From Limisphaerales bacterium (GTDB lineage: Bacteria > Verrucomicrobiota > Verrucomicrobiia > Limisphaerales > UBA11358), in the NCBI GenBank assembly GCA_003133815.1, contig PKZR01000281.1:1-38151 (forward strand): a stretch of DNA of 38,151 nt. The letters are read 5' to 3'. This document shows positions 8,792 through 17,975 of the stretch, piece after piece. The translations under genes and the position numbers were made by a program. Numbering within the stretch: the stretch's first letter is position 1; each line of letters begins with the position of its first letter. The notes under the pieces were generated by a model, which was given only the letters and a program-made list of their open reading frames with translations, was not told the origin of the DNA and made no database searches.

Positions 8792-10750
8792 CGCGACGTG
8801 CTGCGGGCTGTCTGAATCCAAATCGCCCGTCAGGATGAATCCGGCTATTATTTTGTAACGCTCCTGATTCAAATCCGCCTTGGAGGAAATGTGCGTTATG
8901 TCTTCGTCAAATAGCAACCGGGCGGAAACCAGCCTCTGGCAGGCGGCTTGCAAAAACCGTTCGGCCTTCAACGCATGCACAATGTCTCCACTTGAACCGC
9001 CAAAAACCAAGAATGACGGCATGACGGCTGGGCTATCTTGGAATTTGGGAAATTCTGAAGGCTGCATGAGAACCGCTCCCCGCCATAAACCGGGACTATT
9101 GTGCAGGAGCGTTTGTATCATTGCCGCATCCGCCTTTTGGCCGACAATGTAGAGCCGTTGAGGGTCAACATTTGCCTGTTTAAGCATATCGTTGACAATT
9201 GCCTTTGCATCATCGGGCGTTTTTGGATGGACGGAAACGGAAAATATATTGGCATTCGCCAGCAGTTGCGGCCACGCATCGTAGGGATTATCGCCGAGAA
9301 GGTTCAACACGGCGGGATATTTTTTCCCTGCCGTCAAATATGGCGGCGGCAGCAGGGAATAAACCAGTCCACCGCCTTTCTTTCGGGCAATTTCGAGGGG
9401 AACGGGAACGGCCCACTGGCTGACAGCAAGGTGTTCCTTTGGAGGAACCACATTGTCAAGGTTTCCATAATTAATGTCATATTCCCAAATACCCAACGGT
9501 TCGTCTGCCAGCGAGGCAATGGCAAAAATCTTGTCGCCATGTGGAGAGACGCTGTAATTTTGATAACGGCCACCGGCAAAAAGGTTGGTGTGGAATGACA
9601 CGCCCTCGGTGCTCAAACTGACTCCAAGAGAATTTTGTCCACCATAGACAAGGCCGTCACCTTCCGCAATCCAATTTCCGTTGTAGATGCGCTCGAAATT
9701 ATACCGGTCGGTGAATTGGGCGATTCCGCCTGTGGTAGAATTGGTTCTTGGATCAAAACGATAGAGACTGGGATCGGCCCGTTTGCCGGAGATGGTGAGG
9801 CTGAAAAGGAATGACTTGTTTTCCGGGCTGTAATCCAACTGACCGATGGTGGCATTGGTGAGATGCGTCAATTGAGTGACCGAGCAGTTGGCTGTATTTA
9901 TACTTAAGAACCAAATGTTGCTTCCATCGTCGTAAGCCACAGCATGATCGCCCATTGGCACCAAGCTGGATGGAATCACAGTGGAAGCGAACTGTAATTG
10001 AACAAGTCCTTTGCCTCCGTATCGGCCAAGATTGGCATATTCTTTTTCAAAATTGAACAAGTATAGTTTGTGCCGGACGCTTAAAACCAGCGTGTTGGTT
10101 GACAACCATGCACCCTGTTCCAGGGAATCAGGTAAATCAAAAGAATCCAATGCAGTGCCGCTGGAGCCGTCACGAATCAGGATTTGCTGGTTAACTTGTT
10201 TTTTCTTTCCTGTCACGGCAACTGCCAAGTAACGATCGTCTGGCGACCAGCCGATTAATCGCGGCGGAATTTTTGAAGCCGGCACCACCTCAATTTGGTT
10301 TCGTCCAAAAGTGGTCAAATCTGCCAGATAAAGGCCGACACCATTGCCAACATCACGCTCATAAAGCAATGTAGTTTCTCCGTGGTTTGACACTGGGGCA
10401 ACATCAAGAAGGCCTCCCGGAGCAGTGACCTCTTTGGCGATTTGATCTAGGCGACTCGGCAAATTGACTTGCTTAACAGACGCGTAAATGTGGAGGCCTG
10501 TCATCAGCAAAACATATACTGCCAAACCGATGCCCCATGCAATCAACAGCCGAAATATCCTCGCAGTCAATGAGAGCGGAGTTTCTATCTGCGGTTCTGC
10601 CGTTGGTGTTGATGAAATACATCGCAGAGGTGATGGAATCTGCAACACAGTGCCACAGGCCGGGCACGGAAAAGATCGTCCCAGATAAGACTCATCCACA
10701 GCCAGCTTTTGCTGGCAGGCAGGATTGCTGCAATGGAATTTAATATCCAT
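8774..10750 (-). CDS. zinc-ribbon / TM / beta-propeller / S9-like alpha-beta-hydrolase-fold protein, apparently lacking the nucleophile serine
   Basis: ATG at 10750. N-terminal CxxC...CxxC (CSNPAC...CPAC), then TM helix IAWGIGLAVYVLLMTGL. A TolB/DPP-like repeat region follows. The C-terminal part is YPAVLNLLG...RLYIVGQKADAAMIQ...LVFGGSSGDIV...ITHIS, where the usual GxSxG position reads GQKAD. Confidence 0.6.
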   Translation of the reverse strand: MDIKFHCSNPACQQKLAVDESYLGRSFPCPACGTVLQIPSPLRCISSTPTAEPQIETPLSLTARIFRLLIAWGIGLAVYVLLMTGLHIYASVKQVNLPSRLDQIAKEVTAPGGLLDVAPVSNHGETTLLYERDVGNGVGLYLADLTTFGRNQIEVVPASKIPPRLIGWSPDDRYLAVAVTGKKKQVNQQILIRDGSSGTALDSFDLPDSLEQGAWLSTNTLVLSVRHKLYLFNFEKEYANLGRYGGKGLVQLQFASTVIPSSLVPMGDHAVAYDDGSNIWFLSINTANCSVTQLTHLTNATIGQLDYSPENKSFLFSLTISGKRADPSLYRFDPRTNSTTGGIAQFTDRYNFERIYNGNWIAEGDGLVYGGQNSLGVSLSTEGVSFHTNLFAGGRYQNYSVSPHGDKIFAIASLADEPLGIWEYDINYGNLDNVVPPKEHLAVSQWAVPVPLEIARKKGGGLVYSLLPPPYLTAGKKYPAVLNLLGDNPYDAWPQLLANANIFSVSVHPKTPDDAKAIVNDMLKQANVDPQRLYIVGQKADAAMIQTLLHNSPGLWRGAVLMQPSEFPKFQDSPAVMPSFLVFGGSSGDIVHALKAERFLQAACQRLVSARLLFDEDITHISSKADLNQERYKIIAGFILTGDLDSDSPQHVAIKSKK

Positions 10751-10760
10751 GGAATTTTAA

Positions 10761-11489
10761 TTAACGCCCATCAGGGCTGTCAGGATAACACCACAGATTG
10801 TTCTTGTTGGGATCAGTCACCTCAAAATACCAAGTGTCAAACCGGATAAAACTGACATCCCCGCCAAAGGCCGCGCGGATGGCTCCCTGCAAGTGGCGGG
10901 TGCTGACGCCTTCCTTGGGAAAGTTCGCCCCGTCGTTAAAGTAATGCGGAAATCTTTCGTCCGTCTCCCAAAAGGCGATGTCTGCTGGAAGCATACTGCC
11001 TAATTTCACAGGAGGAAAATTGGTTCGGGCATAGCCAACCACCGCCCCATTCATGGCATAACTTGAAATTTTCTGGTCGCGCTTGGCGAACAAGGGCGTG
11101 TTGGTGATGTCCATCGGACACATATACATCTTCGGGCTGCGTAGGGTGTCCCAAAATAGCCCCGTCTCAACTTTGAATCGCGCGGAGCCGGTCACGGACG
11201 TGTCCAAGGTGTAAAGCCATCCGGGGCGGTTCGTGGCATCCCCCGAATACCAGTTGGGCCACGGCAAAGTGTCGCCGTTATCTGCGGCGAAAATATTCAT
11301 GGCAATCGCCTGCTGCTTCAGGTTATTGATGTCAATGGTCTGGATGGCCTTGTTTTTTGACTTGCTCAATGCAGGCAACAGCATCGCCGCCAAAATGCCG
11401 ATGATGGCGATCACCACCAGAAGTTCGATTAACGTAAAGGCACTCTGTCGCCAGTCTTGCTCGCCTTTTTGAAAACTGGGTCGAAACAT
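10761..11489 (-). CDS. prepilin-type N-terminal cleavage/methylation domain protein, DUF1559 / H-X9-DG-like family
   Basis: ATG at 11489. [25 protein letters not shown], and a C-terminal [19 protein letters not shown] (variant of the H-X9-DG motif). Confidence 0.85.
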   Translation of the reverse strand: MFRPSFQKGEQDWRQSAFTLIELLVVIAIIGILAAMLLPALSKSKNKAIQTIDINNLKQQAIAMNIFAADNGDTLPWPNWYSGDATNRPGWLYTLDTSVTGSARFKVETGLFWDTLRSPKMYMCPMDITNTPLFAKRDQKISSYAMNGAVVGYARTNFPPVKLGSMLPADIAFWETDERFPHYFNDGANFPKEGVSTRHLQGAIRAAFGGDVSFIRFDTWYFEVTDPNKNNLWCYPDSPDGR

Positions 11490-11496
11490 AATCAGT

Positions 11497-11940
11497 TCAA
11501 GTCGTTTTCCGCTTGCGAATCCATTGATATATCAAAAACCCACCACTCCCGACCAATAGCCAGCCCAATAATACCCATGCGATGCGATCCAAGGCCAGCG
11601 GTGAGATGGGAAACCGATCATTCAAATTACCGAGGCAGTGGCACAGACTCGGCAGACCCGCCCACCACAATCCCAAACGGTAAATCAGGTAAATGCTGGC
11701 AAGCCATACGATGCACGCTGTTTTTGTCCCGCGCTCACTCCCCACGCATAAAAAAATTGATAGGCCAAGTTCCATCGCGCCCGCCAACACGAAGACGTGG
11801 CGGTTGGAAAATGGCAGCAACGGATCGAGCCAGTTCAAAATAGGCGCATTGCCTGCGGCACTGAACAATTTAATCACGGCCGTGATAAACAGAATCACGG
11901 CCGTTGAATAAATGTAGCCATCTTGGATTCGCTTGATCAT
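11497..11940 (-). CDS. polytopic small membrane protein, unknown function
   Basis: ATG at 11940 overlaps the stop of the upstream gene (ATGA at 11937-11940). About four hydrophobic helices. Confidence 0.6.
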   Translation of the reverse strand: MIKRIQDGYIYSTAVILFITAVIKLFSAAGNAPILNWLDPLLPFSNRHVFVLAGAMELGLSIFLCVGSERGTKTACIVWLASIYLIYRLGLWWAGLPSLCHCLGNLNDRFPISPLALDRIAWVLLGWLLVGSGGFLIYQWIRKRKTT

Positions 11941-12770
11941 GGAGAAAGGTTTTCGGCTTTGTCATGCCTGATTGTCCAGATGTTTTGAAACTTTTTGTCA
12001 GAATCATCATAAACGGGGTCGCTTTCCCCTAATGATTCCAATGGGGAGAGCAATCCCACATGGCCATCCACCATCAGATAATTAAATTTACCGCCGTGGT
12101 ATCGCCACATTTTTATGGCTCTCGTGTCCAGTTGCGTGGCTGGATTGTCAATTGTGGCATCCGAATAACTAAATTCAAGGTTGTCGGCTTGAGCTTGTTC
12201 CGTCAGAAGCGCCGTCGCATCCGGGGAGGGAATCATGTCCACGGTGATTGCAGGAAGGGCATTGGTTTTCCCATTTGTTTTTGAATTCAAAGCGGACAGG
12301 GAGGCATATTCTCTTCCTCGCGGCGCCCACCAGAGTCCAACCCCGGTTGCATTGTCAGAAGCGGGAGGCCAATCCCGTTTGTCCATACCGTGCTTGGGCA
12401 TGGAATAAGTGCGGCGAAGGTCGCTCCCTTTCGCCGGGATCGTGTCCGCAGGACAAAGGAGCAAATGATTTTGACCCGAACCAGACGACGCATAGGAATA
12501 AATCAGCCTGTCCCAAGAAACAAACGTTGACTGGCTATATTCAACGAACGCGAATGGCAGACGTTCTTCATTGTTTTTTTCATATAGCGACATGGCCACG
12601 CCCAACTGTTTCAAGTTCGCCATGCACGCCGTTTCCCTTGATCTCTGACGAAGCCCATAAACGGCAGCCAACGCCAATATTGCCAGGACTGCCAGTGTCG
12701 CAATCACAACCAGCAATTCAACGCGGTTGAATGCGGCGGCGAACTTCCTGCTGCTGAATGCGTTGCACAT
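11937..12770 (-). CDS. H-X9-DG protein with a degenerate prepilin-like N-terminus
   Basis: ATG at 12770. FNRVELLVVIATLAVLAILALAAV, and a C-terminal HGGKFNYLMVDGHV (H + 9 residues + DG). Confidence 0.75.
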   Translation of the reverse strand: MCNAFSSRKFAAAFNRVELLVVIATLAVLAILALAAVYGLRQRSRETACMANLKQLGVAMSLYEKNNEERLPFAFVEYSQSTFVSWDRLIYSYASSGSGQNHLLLCPADTIPAKGSDLRRTYSMPKHGMDKRDWPPASDNATGVGLWWAPRGREYASLSALNSKTNGKTNALPAITVDMIPSPDATALLTEQAQADNLEFSYSDATIDNPATQLDTRAIKMWRYHGGKFNYLMVDGHVGLLSPLESLGESDPVYDDSDKKFQNIWTIRHDKAENLSP

Positions 12771-12881
12771 AACTCAAATGCGGAACGGAACGTATGGCTG
12801 GATTTTGATTCTGACAGGAAAAATATCAACTAAATTTTGCATTTGCTTTGCATGAATTTCAAAACTTTTAGTCCGTTCGCT

Positions 12882-13379
12882 TTACCTGCTCAGCCGAAAC
12901 GCCAAAGCCAGCGTCACCGCATCAAAGATGTCCATCTGATAATACTCACTCACCCACGGTTTGCGTTTCGGCGGCAAGCGTGAAGCCAGTTCGTCTGGAA
13001 ATCTTTTCGCAACGATTTCAGCCAGTGCGTGTTTTGTCCCCTGACCATTGGCGAAATAGATTCGTTGCAATTGCTCATGTGAAAACAGCTTCACGCTGAC
13101 CTTGCGGGTTTTAGCCATCGCAATGATTTTCCGGCTCAACGTCTTTAAGCGCCGAGAATGCCGGGAATCTTCAATATCTTGCAGCACCAGCACCCCCGGC
13201 TCATATTGAGCGATCAGTTCTTCCACCCGATTGAGTGATTGAGCGTTCTTGTTTCCTTCCACATTCCTGACGCCCCAATCAACGAGCGTGTCCTGCCCTT
13301 CAAGAACGGCAAAACCGAAACCTCTGTATGACGGAGCAACGGCTAAAATGCGAAATTCTTTTGGATTTATTATGTTCAT
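12882..13379 (-). CDS. RuvC-like / RNase H-fold protein (first acidic residue substituted)
   Basis: ATG at 13379, 2 nt after the stop of the XRE gene. FRILAVAPSYRGFGFAVLEG resembles RuvC ILGIDPG..TGyGvie but with A for D. VLVLQDIE and the C-terminal MDIFDAVTLALA resemble the RuvC E and D..D motifs. Confidence 0.4.
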   Translation of the reverse strand: MNIINPKEFRILAVAPSYRGFGFAVLEGQDTLVDWGVRNVEGNKNAQSLNRVEELIAQYEPGVLVLQDIEDSRHSRRLKTLSRKIIAMAKTRKVSVKLFSHEQLQRIYFANGQGTKHALAEIVAKRFPDELASRLPPKRKPWVSEYYQMDIFDAVTLALAFRLSR

Positions 13380-13381
13380 GG

Positions 13382-13705
13382 TCAGTTAAGAGATTTATTG
13401 GCAATATTGAGAAGCATCTGGCGTTTTGGATTCCCTTGACCCGTTCTTTCGGCAAGTGTCTTGGCGCGCGCCATGACTTCCTGTTCGACCTTTTGATACA
13501 GACCGCCAAACAGTTCACTGGTCGACCGTTGATAAATCACTTCAAATGCCAAGGCGGTTTCAAGGCTCGGTTTGCTGGCAAAATGTTCGTATCGGGACAC
13601 CTTGCTCCCGCTTTGTGTTCCCAATAGAAAAGCCACTTCGTCTTGGGACAAAGACAGGCGTTTTCGATTGGACACCAGATAATTTTGAAGTTGAGACGAA
13701 GTCAT
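13382..13705 (-). CDS. XRE-family helix-turn-helix protein
   Basis: ATG at 13705. LSLSQDEVAFLLGTQSGSKVSRYE is a typical Cro/C1-type HTH. Confidence 0.75.
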   Translation of the reverse strand: MTSSQLQNYLVSNRKRLSLSQDEVAFLLGTQSGSKVSRYEHFASKPSLETALAFEVIYQRSTSELFGGLYQKVEQEVMARAKTLAERTGQGNPKRQMLLNIANKSLN

Positions 13706-13935
13706 GTGGGTTTGAAGCGCACGAACTCAATCGCGAGTTCAGGCTCACAGTATCGAATTGCAGAAATTACCAAAGACGTGAACCTTTGCCGGAAGCGGCA
13801 AGTTTTACAAAAAGCCACCGGGCATTAAAGCTCGGTGGTGGGAGTAAATATAAAATCACACTATTTCCATTCTGTCAATACTACCACGCATTTTGGCATT
13901 GAACTTCCATTGTTTAGCCCTATATTCAACCCACT

Positions 13936-14271
13936 ATGAGTAACCTATTATCATTAACAACGACACAACTACGCCGCGCGGCTGACCTTAAAGAGAAGAT
14001 CGAGGCATTGAACAAGGAACTGGCTTTGATTCTCGGTGCTTCGACACCGGCACCTGCCAAAACACCGAAAAAAGGTAAAATGAGTGCAGCCGGACGAGCC
14101 AAGGTTGCAGCGGCTCAAAAAGCACGGTGGGCGAAGATTAAAGCGGCAAAGCCTGTTGCCAAGGCACCGGCCAAAAAGCGCACGATGAGCGCAGCGGCCA
14201 AAGCCAAACTTTCGGCAGCAGCGAAGGCTCGCTGGGCCAAAGTCAAAGCTACTGGAAAGAAAAAGCTGTAA
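13936..14271 (+). CDS. Lys/Ala-rich basic nucleoid-type protein (coiled-coil N-terminus + tandem KARWAK basic repeats; H-NS/H1-like architecture)
   Basis: ATG at 13936. LTTTQLRRAADLKEKIEALNKELALILG, then two repeats: MSAAGRAKVAAAQKARWAKIKAAK and MSAAAKAKLSAAAKARWAKVKATGKK. Confidence 0.65.
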   Translation: MSNLLSLTTTQLRRAADLKEKIEALNKELALILGASTPAPAKTPKKGKMSAAGRAKVAAAQKARWAKIKAAKPVAKAPAKKRTMSAAAKAKLSAAAKARWAKVKATGKKKL

Positions 14272-14291
14272 TCGTTTTCGATTCGGATTAG

Positions 14292-14331
14292 AAATGCAGT
14301 CCTGCTTTTGGCGGGACTGCATTTTTATTTT
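14292..14331. terminator. bidirectional intrinsic terminator between convergent genes
   Basis: Stem atgcagtcc (14294-14302) pairs with ggactgcat (14314-14322). It is flanked by an A-run 5' and ttttatttt 3'. Confidence 0.7.
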
Positions 14332-14349
14332 AAGTGAATTGCCGAATCA

Positions 14350-16041
14350 CTAATTTTGTATGTGATTAACAGTCAGGAGAGGAATATCAACTTCAAATCG
14401 GAACGGGATAAGTTTAGAGCCATTTTCATTGAACTCATGTCGAGGTATGCCCTGACGATGCCTATCGTTAGTGAGCACATTGACATTTGATTCTGTTGTT
14501 ACTGGAATGAATCCATATACTTGTAATTTATCCCTCGTTCCGACCACGCGCTCTATGACATTGCTAACTATGGCCTTTTTCGCCGTAAAATTCAAATTCT
14601 GAAGGGCTTTGGACGCTTCCCTGGCAAACACCACCACTTCTTTTGCATCGGGCAATGGGGCTGGTTGTTGCTCCAGTTTTTCCTGTTCAGATTTCAGCAT
14701 CTGCGATTCATACAAGACCACTTTCTCCTTGACGGATACCGTGTATTCTTTCAACTGTTCCAGCGTAAAAACCCCACTGCCGTAAGCTTTGTTATATCTG
14801 TCCTCTTGATCCTTGAGCTTGATGATTTCCTTTTTCAAGAATTCTGTGTCCACACCAGACGAAACGACCTTGTTTTGCTGGCTGTTCATCCAACGCTGAA
14901 TTTGATTCTGCATCAGCTCCGGCGAAGTCATCAGTTTGGTTAAGCCATTCCACAAGAGCCGATCGGCAGTCCGGGCATTCACCGCCGCCTCCATGCAGCT
15001 GCGTGGAAGGGGGAAATTAAGCACCCTGTCTAGGCACCGGTAATAAAGATGCTTGCCGTGTTGCGGCCCTTCGCCGGCCCGCTTTCGCCCGCAGGCACAG
15101 TAAATCCTGCCTGTGAGCAGATATTCGTTTATAGTGTTTCTCCTTGAGAGCAGGAAATTTGCCTTGATCTTTTCCTGGACACGGGCAAATACGTTCCTGT
15201 CAATTATCGCAGGCACAGGGATGGTAAACCACTCCGCCTCCGGTTTTATTCTGCGGCTGCTTTTCCTTATTTTTCGGTATTTTTCCTTGCTCGTTGGTTT
15301 TTCGGGGACAACCGCGTAGGAACTTCCCCAATGCGCCTCGCCAATGTATGCCTTGTGTTTCAACAGTGTGCTCAATGTGCTTGTCGCCCATACGCCGCGC
15401 TTGCTTTTTCTTGGCTTAATGCCCAGCTCCTGCAATTTTCTGACAATTCCACGCAGCGTCAGGCCGTCCCGGTCAACCCAATCAAAAATCATCCGCACGA
15501 CACGGGCCTCATCCTCATTGACTTCATAGTATCCGTGAACTCTTTCTTGTTTGAGAATATACCGATACCCATACAGCGGTTCGCTGACTAAAATATGACC
15601 TTCCTTGACCTTGCGCAGTTTGCCCAGGCGAAATCGCTCGCCAATCTTTGCCCTTTCATACTCGGCAAACAATCCCCTGACACCGTATAAGATTTTATCC
15701 TCGCTGTTTTTGGGGGCCGATATGGTCACAAAGACCACTTCAATTCCGGCCTCCCGCAGTTCATCCATGACCAGTTCCTGATATGAGTATCTTCGGGCAA
15801 TTCTGTCGGGATCATAAACCACAACGACTTCCCATATTTTGGCCTTTGCATCCTGACGCAGTTTGTCCAGCGCGGGTCTTGCCAGGACGTCCCCGGTCCA
15901 GCCCTCATCAATATATTTTTCAACCACGTTGAAACTGCTCTTTTGAACAAGATCATTGACCGCCGAGAGCTGGGTCTTAATCGTTTGCTCCTCTTCCTGC
16001 CGGGCGGTCGAAACCCGTGCGTATATGGCTGCTAATTTCAT
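14350..16041 (-). CDS. large serine recombinase (resolvase catalytic domain + recombinase domain + zinc ribbon + coiled coil)
   Basis: ATG at 16041. MKLAAIYARVSTARQ (catalytic Ser motif), ...VVVVYDPDRIARR..., Cys cluster CACGRK...YYRC, and a long C-terminal coiled coil. Confidence 0.9.
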   Translation of the reverse strand: MKLAAIYARVSTARQEEEQTIKTQLSAVNDLVQKSSFNVVEKYIDEGWTGDVLARPALDKLRQDAKAKIWEVVVVYDPDRIARRYSYQELVMDELREAGIEVVFVTISAPKNSEDKILYGVRGLFAEYERAKIGERFRLGKLRKVKEGHILVSEPLYGYRYILKQERVHGYYEVNEDEARVVRMIFDWVDRDGLTLRGIVRKLQELGIKPRKSKRGVWATSTLSTLLKHKAYIGEAHWGSSYAVVPEKPTSKEKYRKIRKSSRRIKPEAEWFTIPVPAIIDRNVFARVQEKIKANFLLSRRNTINEYLLTGRIYCACGRKRAGEGPQHGKHLYYRCLDRVLNFPLPRSCMEAAVNARTADRLLWNGLTKLMTSPELMQNQIQRWMNSQQNKVVSSGVDTEFLKKEIIKLKDQEDRYNKAYGSGVFTLEQLKEYTVSVKEKVVLYESQMLKSEQEKLEQQPAPLPDAKEVVVFAREASKALQNLNFTAKKAIVSNVIERVVGTRDKLQVYGFIPVTTESNVNVLTNDRHRQGIPRHEFNENGSKLIPFRFEVDIPLLTVNHIQN

Positions 16042-16289
16042 GTGTTGTTTGACTTCCTGATGCTCATTACCTCTTCAAAAAGAATGTCGAAGGCTTTGTT
16101 GACCCGTGTTTCGCCGTCCGCAGAAGTGACCGGCTCGTAAGTTATGAAGGGACGGCGGCGCGATCTGCCACCGCGTAAAAGTTCCTGCCGGCTTCCTTCC
16201 ATCGCCAGCTTTTCCGGCTTGTTTGAACTTTGGCGCGGCTCCCTCATAATATCATTATTTGCGCCGCGTGTTAATTCGTTATCAGGCAT
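16038..16289 (-). CDS. hypothetical small basic protein translationally coupled to the recombinase
   Basis: ATG at 16289. Its stop overlaps the recombinase ATG (ATGA at 16038-16041). No recognisable motif. Confidence 0.5.
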   Translation of the reverse strand: MPDNELTRGANNDIMREPRQSSNKPEKLAMEGSRQELLRGGRSRRRPFITYEPVTSADGETRVNKAFDILFEEVMSIRKSNNT

Positions 16290-16527
16290 TTCCCCATTTA
16301 AACCATAAGTCTGGATTGATGCCGGACTGTCGGATCATTTTGTTAAGGGCCTTCGACGAGTAGAACCCTTGAATGAACTTGATCTCGACGAACCTGTCCG
16401 GCTCGCCGTTTTCCAACAGCTTGACCCAGGATTGCGAATGCCCCAATTCCTCATAAAAATCAAAGCCCATTTCACCGAGATATTTTGTGACGTCCCGATA
16501 CGTCCAATTAGATACTATTTTTGCCAT
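16282..16527 (-). CDS. HicA/YcfA-like small protein (tentative)
   Basis: The track start 16533 is GTG; the ATG at 16527 gives MAKIVSNWTYRDVTKYLGEMGFDFYEELGHSQSWVKL... This resembles the YcfA/HicA pattern (..F.elv.lL...GF......GSH..f). It overlaps the next ORF by 8 nt. Confidence 0.35.
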   Translation of the reverse strand: MAKIVSNWTYRDVTKYLGEMGFDFYEELGHSQSWVKLLENGEPDRFVEIKFIQGFYSSKALNKMIRQSGINPDLWFKWGNA

Positions 16528-16646
16528 GCGCACAGAATAGGGCGCAGGAGGTTGATGAGGTAGACGCCAAGACTTGCCGGAGGCGGCAACCCGGCGACGG
16601 CATTCGGAAGTTGCGGGCGGCGGTTGGAATCCTTATGTTCCTGCGC

Positions 16647-16886
16647 ATGAGTGATGGCAAATTCACAACCCAAGCCGCCATTCTTTGGGGCGCGATTCCG
16701 CTAGAAGCGCAAAAGCGCATCCTGAAAAATGCGTTCTGCGCCAAATGCAATGTTGTCGTGGAAATTGTCGATTATTATGGCACGGTGGAAAATGGCGACC
16801 TGATGATTGATGGCACATGCGCGTTCTGCGGCCATGCGGCGGCGAGAGTGGTGGAAACGTCGAAAATTCGGATCGAGAACAACTAG
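16647..16886 (+). CDS. small zinc-ribbon protein
   Basis: Track ORF 16521..16886 starts at TTG. In-frame ATGs at 16635 and 16647 give MSDGKFTTQ... with CAKC...CAFC. It is convergent with the protease gene. Confidence 0.4.
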   Translation: MSDGKFTTQAAILWGAIPLEAQKRILKNAFCAKCNVVVEIVDYYGTVENGDLMIDGTCAFCGHAAARVVETSKIRIENN

Positions 16887-16910
16887 CTGCAGAAGGCAAG
16901 CTTTTGAACA

Positions 16911-17975
16911 TTATCGTTTGGCTCTTTTCAATTTTCTTACTTCCTTCAATTTCTTTCTTAAGGCGGTAATGTCTATTGTCAGCGCAGTATCGCCGCCGTC
17001 GCCAATGGCGGCGAACGTGAAATCCTCTTCTGGATAGAAGGTCATCTTTGCCTCGTCTCCTTTTACTTCGGCAAACAACTCATAGGCATCTTCATTGTCC
17101 TGTTCGAAATCGGGATACGTAATGAATGTGACATATTTTCCACGAAGCGGCTGGCTGTTATTGATACGCTTAAAAACGGCCTGCACTTCACCGTTGCGAC
17201 TAATTGTGGCCTCAAGCCTTCTTTCTCCATTGTCATCGATCAATCCAAAAAGCTCTATGTTGGGGTCATCAATCTCGTAGTCATGGATTTCAGGACGATC
17301 CACTTGCGGAATGCGAAAACGCACATGTAAATCTGGAAAGAACTGACAGAGTAAACGGCTGGGGATACACCATGAAACATTATCGTTGGCCAACTCCGTG
17401 ACCACCAATCCCACAAACGCGTTCACATCCGATGACCACACTGGCGCACCACTGAATCCACCCAGCACTGAGAGGGCACCGCCCCGATCCATCTGCACCA
17501 AACCGATTGCGTCCGTAGCATGGAGAAATCCGGCAGCGTTCCGTCCTTGCTGATCTCCGCCCGGAAAACCAAGCACCGAATAAGACTTGCCTCCGTGACG
17601 CAACGGATTCGCGAATTCTACGGGCTTTACGGACAATAATGGTCCGTCCACAATTAAAAGCAACGCGAGATCATTTTCCGGCCCGTCGCCCCCCACCACC
17701 AACACTTCGGCTGTCACTGTTGGCCGGCCTTCCACACCCACCAATGTCAGGAACACCTCTGGGTCACGGACATCATTGCGTGCTGCTTCCACCACATGAC
17801 GACAGGTCAACACATAACTGTTGTCTATCAAACAACCAGCCCCTACTATTTCCCCGGACTCGCGGTGCACGGCAACCACCCGCGCTGTTTCTTGATCTCC
17901 AATTCGCAGTCCCAAGCCCACGGTCTGTGGTGTAATCTGGTTCGGCATGTTATTGATTTTGCTGGATGATTTCAT
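16911..17975 (-). CDS. trypsin-like serine protease with a C-terminal beta-rich domain (tentatively pYEATS-like)
   Basis: ATG at 17975 directly abuts the stop of the upstream gene. His motif VLTCRHVV, Asp motif NDLALLLI, Ser motif GFSGAPVW. The C-terminal ~140 aa (YVTFITYPDF...FTFAAIGDGGDTALTIDI) is followed by a Lys-rich tail. Confidence 0.8.
   Translation of the reverse strand: MKSSSKINNMPNQITPQTVGLGLRIGDQETARVVAVHRESGEIVGAGCLIDNSYVLTCRHVVEAARNDVRDPEVFLTLVGVEGRPTVTAEVLVVGGDGPENDLALLLIVDGPLLSVKPVEFANPLRHGGKSYSVLGFPGGDQQGRNAAGFLHATDAIGLVQMDRGGALSVLGGFSGAPVWSSDVNAFVGLVVTELANDNVSWCIPSRLLCQFFPDLHVRFRIPQVDRPEIHDYEIDDPNIELFGLIDDNGERRLEATISRNGEVQAVFKRINNSQPLRGKYVTFITYPDFEQDNEDAYELFAEVKGDEAKMTFYPEEDFTFAAIGDGGDTALTIDITALRKKLKEVRKLKRAKR

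Noticed and set aside
12248-12730. 160-aa plus-strand ORF
   Set aside because: It is antisense to the H-X9-DG gene 11937..12770, which has the diagnostic prepilin-like N-terminus and HGGKFNYLMVDG motif.
13921-13933. The 13-nt string tatattcaaccca occurs just upstream of the 13936 ATG and again at 2973-2985, with a near copy at 8746-8758
   Set aside because: It is unlikely by chance. However, it sits in opposite orientation relative to the genes concerned and at very different distances from their starts, and two of the three copies are explained by the duplication. That is not enough to call a regulatory motif.
16521-16646. Long TTG-initiated version of the zinc-ribbon ORF (121 aa)
   Set aside because: The N-terminal 40 aa overlap the HicA-like gene start and the intergenic region and are Arg-rich. 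The in-frame ATGs at 16635 and 16647 give a compact CxxC...CxxC protein.
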